Positions 25,259 to 32,000 of a stretch of 32,000 nucleotides of DNA are shown here, piece by piece. Both the position numbers and the translations under genes were made by a program. This DNA comes from Candidatus Harpocratesius repetitus (GTDB lineage: Archaea > Asgardarchaeota > Lokiarchaeia > Sigyniarchaeales > Promethearchaeaceae), in assembly GCA_021498095.1 (NCBI GenBank), contig JAIZWK010000001.1, positions 1,380,001 to 1,412,000 of the forward strand, read 5' to 3'. The first letter of the stretch is position 1. Every line of letters starts with the position of its first letter. The notes beneath the pieces were generated by a model. The model made no database searches and had not been told where the DNA came from. It saw nothing but the letters and a program-made list of their open reading frames with translations.

Positions 25259-25507
25259 CTATAAAAGAATTGCAGATTCAATAACTTGAGCAAGACTTTG
25301 ATTGTGGAATTCAACTAAATCTGGAAGATAGCTAATTACTGCTAAGGGAGTCTCAATAGGTATAGGAATAAGGAATAAGCTCTGTATTTTATCAACAATC
25401 ACCAAGCCCATATGATTATCAAGTTTTTCTAAAACACCTTCATATAATTGAAAACTCAAAGACTCTTTCACTTCAAAGTGCATTATTATTAGGAATTTGT
25501 GTGACAA
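25259..25507 (-). CDS. Small hypothetical protein upstream of nurA
   Basis: 82 aa (74 from the internal ATG), plausible composition, co-oriented and 47 nt upstream of nurA. Confidence 0.4.
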   Translation of the reverse strand: MSHKFLIIMHFEVKESLSFQLYEGVLEKLDNHMGLVIVDKIQSLFLIPIPIETPLAVISYLPDLVEFHNQSLAQVIESAILL

Positions 25508-25922
25508 TTTTCAATTTGAATATTGTCGGAAATCTTACCCTACTTTTTGCGATATTGTTCTTATATGACATATTCCATAAGGATGCTTTTCACAACAGAA
25601 ATAAGAAAAATAAAAAGGTGAAAAAAAGAAAGGGATTCTTTTTATTTCAATAATAGATAATTTTCCCCGAGGCAAGAATCCCCCAAGAACCTCCCCACAA
25701 TATCTAAAGCTAAATATACATATACAACTCTTCAATATTTCATAACTTCTATTCTAAAATATCTGTTGTACCTACCTCGCTTCAGCGTTACATATTTGGA
25801 AAATTCGAATATTTAAAGATATTGGTTTCTCGTTCTTTAATCTCCTTATCAAAAAAAGAATTAATTCTACAAATATGCCTTTTTATATGAGTATATCTAA
25901 ATTACACATCAGAATAGCAAGT

Positions 25923-26540
25923 TTAGATTGTAATTTTCTTAGATAATACTTCAATCTCAATATGACACCGAGAACAATAATGAACTTTTGAGTAATAATC
26001 TGTTTTACAACGAGGGCATTGGTAAACGGTAATGAATTGTATATGCTCTTGCTCTTTTTGATACTTCATTTGAAGAAATTTGACAGAAAATACAATTAAT
26101 CCACCTATTACAAACTCCAAACAAATATGAAGTAGAGTGTAACTTAAAAAGTTTTCAAGGATCAAATCATTTTGTAATTGTAGATTTTCAGTTATATTTC
26201 GCACCAAAATCCAATAAAAATATGGAAATAACGAATGTATTCCAAGAATTACAAAAAATGTACTTTTCACTAACTTAAATGTCATTATTCTTATCTCAAA
26301 TAACCCTAAACTGATAAGAATTGCAATCGATAAAAAAATTGAAGCGCCTACCATTATCCAGTATTGATTTATACTTGAAGAATAACAGAAACTTGAGAAA
26401 AATCGAATCAATGCAATTGCAACAGGATCAATTTCAATTTGTGATAATTCTGTTGAATTTAAAGGTGCAAAGATATTAAAAATTAAGAGGAATAGAATTA
26501 ACCCGCTTAAATAGGTTGCGATTGGTATAATTTTTTTCAT
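25923..26540 (-). CDS. Multi-pass membrane protein with C-terminal zinc ribbon
   Basis: 4-5 hydrophobic segments followed by CPRC-x10-CSRC. Confidence 0.75.
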   Translation of the reverse strand: MKKIIPIATYLSGLILFLLIFNIFAPLNSTELSQIEIDPVAIALIRFFSSFCYSSSINQYWIMVGASIFLSIAILISLGLFEIRIMTFKLVKSTFFVILGIHSLFPYFYWILVRNITENLQLQNDLILENFLSYTLLHICLEFVIGGLIVFSVKFLQMKYQKEQEHIQFITVYQCPRCKTDYYSKVHYCSRCHIEIEVLSKKITI

Positions 26541-26656
26541 GAAATCTTCGTCAATCTCATAATTTGAAGGAATTTTTTAATTTTTCCTTTTTTTTACCTA
26601 AAAACGAAAAATCAACGGATTCAAATAAGATCTGGCGTTAATTTACGCTAAGAATT

Positions 26657-27457
26657 ATGGTTATTATTAAATCCAAATATTATTATATTAAACCATCAGA
26701 TAGTAAAAATTGGTTGATTATTGGATCTCCATCGAATAAGGAGGTAGATGTAGAAATAAAGATATTGGATTATCTTTTTCGCTGTGAACCCAAGGAAATT
26801 GAAGTGGATGGTATGCAGATAATGTGTTCTCGATTATGCTGTTATACAGGTTGTTATGTCTCGATGGAAGAAATTAAGCGCGCTGAGGTCTTATTGCCGA
26901 AAATTTTTCCAGATCTTCAAGAAGATGCCAAAAATCTGCTTAATATAAACAATAATCAAATTTATTTGCCTGATGATTATGATCGAGAAGAGAATCTCTA
27001 TAAAATCAGATGTTCACCAAATGAATGGAATTTTAATGAAGACGATGATGAAGAGGAAGATGACGAATTTAGTCTGCCTCCACGTAATCATTGTATTTTT
27101 CTTATGAAGAATGGATTATGCGCGCTTCATAAATATTATATCAAATATAATCAAAATTGGATTAAAGAGAAATTCAATATCTGCACCACTTTTCCCTTAG
27201 ATTTAAGACCGCAAGATGGAACTATGGGATTTATGAATGAATTTGATGATTTTGCATTTGGTGAAGTAGAATGCCTAAGCAAAAATCGCAATTTGAAAGA
27301 ACACCTTGGTTATCCTCAGATTATTGATTCCATGAAAGATGTTATCGTAGATCGCTTTGGAATCTCATGGTGGAATGCCCTAAATCACTGCGCTAAAGAT
27401 TTCCGTCTTGGCAAAATTGATATTGATTATATTTATTCTGATACAAATCTTGCATAA
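26657..27457 (+). CDS. Cysteine-cluster protein (DUF3109 / YkgJ-FliB-like)
   Basis: CSRLCCYTGC, HCIFL..GLCALH, ICTTFPL; acidic insert EDDDEEEDDE. Confidence 0.7.
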   Translation: MVIIKSKYYYIKPSDSKNWLIIGSPSNKEVDVEIKILDYLFRCEPKEIEVDGMQIMCSRLCCYTGCYVSMEEIKRAEVLLPKIFPDLQEDAKNLLNINNNQIYLPDDYDREENLYKIRCSPNEWNFNEDDDEEEDDEFSLPPRNHCIFLMKNGLCALHKYYIKYNQNWIKEKFNICTTFPLDLRPQDGTMGFMNEFDDFAFGEVECLSKNRNLKEHLGYPQIIDSMKDVIVDRFGISWWNALNHCAKDFRLGKIDIDYIYSDTNLA

Positions 27458-27565
27458 ATATTAAATGAAGTTGAGTTATTTTTTCTTTTTTTTGGCTTTT
27501 TGAGAAATTAGGAGAATACTACAAAAATGAACTAAAAAAGAATTAAAAAATTTTCGTCTTTAGTT

Positions 27566-28030
27566 TTATGAAATAAAAAGCTTTAGAATCGTACCATAAA
27601 GTAACAAAAATCCAAAAATAATCATAAAACCGATTACGATACTTAAGAATGATTGCCAATATTTCGCTTCTGTATATCCTACCATTCCAATCATTAAAGC
27701 AATATTGAAAAGTAACCAAAATATTAATGTCAACATTGAAAGATTTTCAGGAAGAAATAATCCAATTAAATCACCAATAATTGACCAAATTATAACTGCT
27801 CCCCAGATTCTTAAAGTTCCAATAAAAGTAGGCTTCACTTTAAATAATCTGAATATTAATGCAAGAACTATTGCATATACAAAAGTCCCAATTAAAGAAC
27901 TACCAAAACCTGCAAAAGATGCTGAAATTCCTGTTAATTCTAAACCTGAGATTCCGCTTGAACCTGGATTACCATTAAAAAAAGCAATTATTGATTCTAT
28001 AAGAGCATATAAAAGAATCGATATTACAAA
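27566..28030 (-). CDS. Yip1-domain membrane protein, apparently 5'-truncated
   Basis: About 5 TMs with a Yip1-like pattern (LALIFRLFKVKPTFIGTLRIWG...LLFNIALMIGMVGY.EAKYWQS). The first residues of the annotated ORF (GTG 28075) are antisense to a transposase fragment. Confidence 0.65.
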   Translation of the reverse strand, partial: FVISILLYALIESIIAFFNGNPGSSGISGLELTGISASFAGFGSSLIGTFVYAIVLALIFRLFKVKPTFIGTLRIWGAVIIWSIIGDLIGLFLPENLSMLTLIFWLLFNIALMIGMVGYTEAKYWQSFLSIVIGFMIIFGFLLLYGTILKLFIS

Positions 28031-28252
28031 ATGAGATGGCAAATTGAGACAGCGTTTCGTGATGTAAACATTCACAAAGGACTTTGGCGGTCAAATAGAG
28101 ATGGAACTCGACTCTTTGGTGAAATGGGCAAATATTTATTGTTCAATTATTGGCAGATTGAAAGAGATCAAATCTTCTCTAATCACCAAATGGCGTTCCA
28201 AGAATATCGCAATTGGCTTATGGATGAATTTTCTCGGACTATTAACTTGTAA
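28022..28252 (+). mobile_element. C-terminal remnant of an IS4-type (IS4/ISH3/IS701-like) DDE transposase
   Basis: YYKMRWQIETAFRDVN fits the Y-x2-R-x3-E-x6-(K) signature (final K replaced by N). An in-frame TAA at 28010 means the N-terminal part is missing. Confidence 0.75.
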
Positions 28253-28446
28253 CGTGCTTAAAATATACCAAAACCAGATGGTAGATGAGGAAAATGTAAA
28301 AAAAGTTATTTCATTGGGAACTCTCAATAATTGTTTTCTAATTATTTTTTTACAAGGAGAAACAACAATATTTTTATTTTGTTTGAAATAACACAGAACA
28401 AAGGTTCCATAACTTGATATGTGGGACAATTGTGGGTTGAAATTTT

Positions 28447-30117
28447 ATGGCAATTAATAAACGCATTTTAGACGAGTTAGAGAAAAATCTAACCATCGGG
28501 AAATTGATTGATATTGTGGCTGAATTGTATCCTAATGTAGAAGCTGCAATATTTGACGATGTACGCAAAACTTGGACTGAATTTCATGAAGATATTATGA
28601 AATTTGCTATTGGTTTGCATAAAATGGGATTAAAAAAAGGAGATAAGGCAGGAGTTTGGGCAAAAAATATATATGAATGGATGGTTGCCTGGTATGCTCT
28701 TCCTAAAATTGGAGTTACTTTAATTCCCATGGATTCTTGGTATCAGCCTTTTGAAGCAGAATACATTCTCAAACATAGTGAAGCTGCTGGCTTGATATGT
28801 ACATCTGATTATATTTCTATGATTGAAGGTTTTAAAGATAAAATACCCGATTTAAAATATATTGTTTTAATGGATAGTCCTGAAACGATTAATACTTCTA
28901 TGGAAGAGGTGGTTACGATGAAATCGGTCATGGATGTTGAACTTTCTCCCGAAAATATCCAAGAAGTCCAAAACATTCAAGATTCGATTAACAAAGATGA
29001 AGTAACCTTTATTTTATATACTAGTGGAACGACAGGAAAACCCAAAGGTGCTCAATTAACTCATTATAATATTCTTCGTAACACAGTTGATACTGCAAAT
29101 GTAATGCGATGTGGTCCTGAAGATAAATATCTAATCCCTGTGCCATTCAGTCATTGTTTTGGAAACACACTGGGGATTACAACCGCTACTCTTACTGGTT
29201 CTTCTATGATTCCTTTACTTGATCAAACACCATCTATTGCAATGACAAAAGTAATGAATGAGAAAGTAACTGTATCACACGGTACCCCTACTCATTTCAT
29301 CCGTTACATTAGATATTTGCAGGCACATCCAGAAGTAGATGTTTCTCATCTTCGTACAGGAATTATTGCAGGTGCTCCATGTCCACCAGACACATTAAGG
29401 GGAATTATGGATATTATGCATATGCAAGATATTGTTATCGGATATGGATTGACTGAAGCCAGTCCAATCATTACATTAACACAACCTGATGATCCATTTG
29501 AATATCGGGTAAATTCAGTGGGTAAAGCGATTCCAGATATCGATGTACGTATTGTTGATGATGAAAATAACGAAGTTCCTATTGGTGAATCAGGTGAACT
29601 TGTAGTTAAAGGATACAATGTAATGAAAGGGTACTATAAATCTGATTTCCAACCAATTGATGAGAAAGGGTACTTGCATACTGGAGATTTAGCCACAGTG
29701 GATGAAAATGGTTACTATAAAATTGTTGGACGTAAAAAGGATATGATCATTTATGGTGGCTTTAATGTTTATCCCAAAGTCGTGGAAGATTTCTTAATAC
29801 AACATGAAGATATTTTGGAAGTGGCGGTAGTTGGTGTTCCTGATGAAGAATATGGGGAATTGGTGGCTGCCATTATCCGAAAACCAGAAGAATCCACTTT
29901 AACTGAACAAGATGTTGTTGATTATTGTTACGGAACAATTAACAGCCCAAGTGTTCCTAGGTATGTCAGATTTGATATTGCATTGCCATTAAGTGGGCGT
30001 GGAAAAGTACAGAAATATAAACTGCGTGCCACACTTAAGAAAATGAAAGAAGAAGGAACATTGGGACCAAAATTAGTTCCAACTGCTGTAAAAGAGAAAA
30101 AGAAGAAGAACCAATAA
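28447..30117 (+). CDS. AMP-forming (long-chain) acyl-CoA synthetase/ligase
   Basis: YTSGTTGKPKG, GYGLTEASP, TGDLATVDENGYYKIVGRKKDMII, GKVQK. Confidence 0.93.
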   Translation: MAINKRILDELEKNLTIGKLIDIVAELYPNVEAAIFDDVRKTWTEFHEDIMKFAIGLHKMGLKKGDKAGVWAKNIYEWMVAWYALPKIGVTLIPMDSWYQPFEAEYILKHSEAAGLICTSDYISMIEGFKDKIPDLKYIVLMDSPETINTSMEEVVTMKSVMDVELSPENIQEVQNIQDSINKDEVTFILYTSGTTGKPKGAQLTHYNILRNTVDTANVMRCGPEDKYLIPVPFSHCFGNTLGITTATLTGSSMIPLLDQTPSIAMTKVMNEKVTVSHGTPTHFIRYIRYLQAHPEVDVSHLRTGIIAGAPCPPDTLRGIMDIMHMQDIVIGYGLTEASPIITLTQPDDPFEYRVNSVGKAIPDIDVRIVDDENNEVPIGESGELVVKGYNVMKGYYKSDFQPIDEKGYLHTGDLATVDENGYYKIVGRKKDMIIYGGFNVYPKVVEDFLIQHEDILEVAVVGVPDEEYGELVAAIIRKPEESTLTEQDVVDYCYGTINSPSVPRYVRFDIALPLSGRGKVQKYKLRATLKKMKEEGTLGPKLVPTAVKEKKKKNQ

Positions 30118-30177
30118 TGAATTTTTCTTTTCTATTAGTTTTTTTTGTTATTTTCCTGTTTATGCGATTATTTTTTC

Positions 30178-30195
30178 CTGATCAACTTTGATCAG
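30178..30195. promoter_or_regulatory. Palindrome CTGATCAA-CT-TTGATCAG (terminator hairpin or operator)
   Basis: Perfect 8-2-8 inverted repeat flanked by T tracts, between the acyl-CoA ligase and enolase genes. Confidence 0.35.
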
Positions 30196-30270
30196 TTTTT
30201 GATTACATATTCTGTTAAATCTTTATGGAAGCAACCACTACTATATTATCGAAATTGAGGTGAGCTAATA

Positions 30271-31587
30271 ATGAATTTCGAAATTAAAAAAATTCACGCC
30301 CGATGGATTATTGATTCACGAGGTAATCCAACGGTTGAATGTGATATGTGGGCGGGCGACAATGTTTTTGTGCGCGCTGCAGTTCCTTCAGGGGCATCTA
30401 CTGGTGAGGCAGAAGCTGTTGAATTACGCGACAACGATCCCTCTAAATTCGGCGGCAAAGGTGTGTTAAAAGCAGTCGAAAATATAAATTCAAAAATAAG
30501 CAAAATTGTGATTGGAATGGATTGTTCCAATCAAAAAGCCATCGATCAAGCAATGATCAATGCTGATGGTACACCAAATAAAGGAAACTTTGGAGCAAAT
30601 GCAATTTTAGCAGTATCCATGTGTGCTATGAAAGCAGCAGCTAAGATTCAAAATAAACCGCTTTACCAGTATGTTTATGAATTAGCTCATGAAGGTAGAA
30701 CTGCTGAAAGATATCTTATGCCAATTCCATCTTCAAACGTACTTAACGGAGGGAAACATGCAGGTGGAGATTTAGCACCTCAAGAATTTATGATTCAAGC
30801 TATTGGTGCGCCTAATTTCCGTGAAGCAATACGAATGACTGCGGAAGTCTATCATACAATGAAGAAAGTAATTAAAGAACAATACGGTGCAACTTCTGTA
30901 AATGTTGGTGATGAAGGTGGTTTTGCACCTGCATTAACCACTACTCGTGAGGCATTAGATATCATTATGGAATCAATAAAGAAGGCAGGTTATAATCCTG
31001 GTAGCGATATTGTTTTAGCAATGGATCCAGCCGCTTCAGAATTCTTTGATAAAGAAAAACAAGTCTACTATATTGATGGTAAAACCCTTAAACCCAGTGA
31101 ATTAGTCGATTATTGGGTAAAAATTATTGATGAATATCCAATTAAATCAATGGAAGATCCATTTGATGAAGAAGGATGGACTGAATTTGCTGCACTTAAA
31201 GCAAAGATTGGAGATAGATGTCAAATTATTGGTGATGATTTAACAGTAACAAATGTACAGCGATTACAAAAAGCTATTGATATGAATGCGATATCTTCAC
31301 TTCTTCTTAAAATTAATCAAATAGGAACAATAACAGAAGCAATTGATGCAGCCAAGTTAACCTTTAAGAATGGCTATACTGTCATGGTATCTCATAGATC
31401 GGGTGAAACTTGTGATAATACAATAGCAGATATTGTGGTTGGTCTGTGCACAGGCCAAATTAAATCAGGTGCACCATGTCGTGCAGATCGACTTTCTAAA
31501 TACAATCAATTAATCCGTATTGAAGAAGAATTGGGTGAAAAAGCCTTTTATCCTAAAGAATATGCAGAATTTAAAGAATTTCAATAA
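30271..31587 (+). CDS. eno: Enolase (phosphopyruvate hydratase)
   Basis: DSRGNPTVE, PSGASTG, VGDEGGFAP, LLKINQIG, SHRSGET. Confidence 0.98.
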   Translation: MNFEIKKIHARWIIDSRGNPTVECDMWAGDNVFVRAAVPSGASTGEAEAVELRDNDPSKFGGKGVLKAVENINSKISKIVIGMDCSNQKAIDQAMINADGTPNKGNFGANAILAVSMCAMKAAAKIQNKPLYQYVYELAHEGRTAERYLMPIPSSNVLNGGKHAGGDLAPQEFMIQAIGAPNFREAIRMTAEVYHTMKKVIKEQYGATSVNVGDEGGFAPALTTTREALDIIMESIKKAGYNPGSDIVLAMDPAASEFFDKEKQVYYIDGKTLKPSELVDYWVKIIDEYPIKSMEDPFDEEGWTEFAALKAKIGDRCQIIGDDLTVTNVQRLQKAIDMNAISSLLLKINQIGTITEAIDAAKLTFKNGYTVMVSHRSGETCDNTIADIVVGLCTGQIKSGAPCRADRLSKYNQLIRIEEELGEKAFYPKEYAEFKEFQ

Positions 31588-31599
31588 ATTATAAATTAG

Positions 31600-31651
31600 A
31601 TTTCATCCTTATAAAATTTTTAAGATGAAATTTTTTATTGTTTCCTTTTTT
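31600..31651 (+). terminator. Hairpin + T-tract after enolase
   Basis: ATTTCATC(C)TTA / TAAGATGAAAT stem followed by TTTTTATTGTTTCCTTTTTT. Confidence 0.45.
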
Positions 31652-31748
31652 ATTTCATTCAAATTCATTCATTTTCTTTATTACGCCAATAATTCCATTA
31701 GAAATATTTTTATCTCTAAAAAATCAACAACATAGCAATCTTTGAGGA

Positions 31749-32000
31749 ATGTTTATGTATCTTAATATTAAAGGGGTAGATATTTATTACGAAATTCATG
31801 GAAACGGTATTCCTATTCTAAACCTACATGGATTTCCATTAGATCATAGGATTATGTTGGGTTGCATGGAGCCAATATTTGATGAAAATTTGAATACAAA
31901 ATATAAAAGAATATATTTTGATTTTCCGGGTATGGGAAAATCTACTTCTGCATCATGGATTAAATCTACAGATGATATTCTCCAATTAACTCTTGATTTT
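31749..32000 (+). CDS. Alpha/beta fold hydrolase, 3'-partial (absent from the ORF track)
   Basis: ATG 31749 after GAGG; reads MFMYLNIKGVDIYYEIHGNGIPILNLHGFPLDHRIM...RIYFDFPGMGKS and runs off the window. Confidence 0.88.
   Translation, partial: MFMYLNIKGVDIYYEIHGNGIPILNLHGFPLDHRIMLGCMEPIFDENLNTKYKRIYFDFPGMGKSTSASWIKSTDDILQLTLDF

Noticed and set aside
25341-25653. Plus-strand hydrophobic frame with a 7-bp tandem duplication (GGAATAA x2 at 25365-25378) as a frameshifted membrane gene
   Set aside because: Even with the duplication removed, the frame hits TAG at 25329 with no start codon; the minus-strand ORF 25259-25507 is the simpler reading.
25535-25735. 66-aa minus-strand ORF
   Set aside because: Low-complexity F/Y/C-rich translation of T tracts with no recognisable motif.
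28101-28568. ORFs 28101-28391, 28136-28429 and 28374-28568
   Set aside because: Overlap the transposase remnant, intergenic DNA and ligase start; no recognisable protein features.

Overview
Strongly AT-rich archaeal window. It is most consistent with an Asgard archaeon (Lokiarchaeia/Promethearchaeota-like), inferred from a Rab-like GTPase, a eukaryote-style presenilin, a Yip1 protein and a probable longin-fold protein. Metabolic and housekeeping genes: C-terminus of an ADP-forming acyl-CoA synthetase, two tandem Pta-N/DRTGG paralogs, a U32-family Fe-S hydroxylase, a GH13 glycosidase, a MacB/LolCDE-type ABC system, DUF998, DUF211, an esterase, NurA, a Cys-cluster protein, an AMP-forming acyl-CoA ligase, enolase and a partial alpha/beta hydrolase. 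The main structure missing from the ORF track is a tandem array of about three 374-375 bp units (19779-20878). Each unit carries an identical minus-strand 5S rRNA gene with its own TATA box, and no 16S/23S gene is nearby. Other notable signals: a P2-like P-type ATPase with intact catalytic motifs but a rewritten ion-binding site, a Yip1 gene whose 5' end appears replaced by an IS4-type transposase remnant, and a dispersed set of membrane-trafficking-like eukaryotic signature proteins. All family assignments are from motif recognition by eye; no searches were run.
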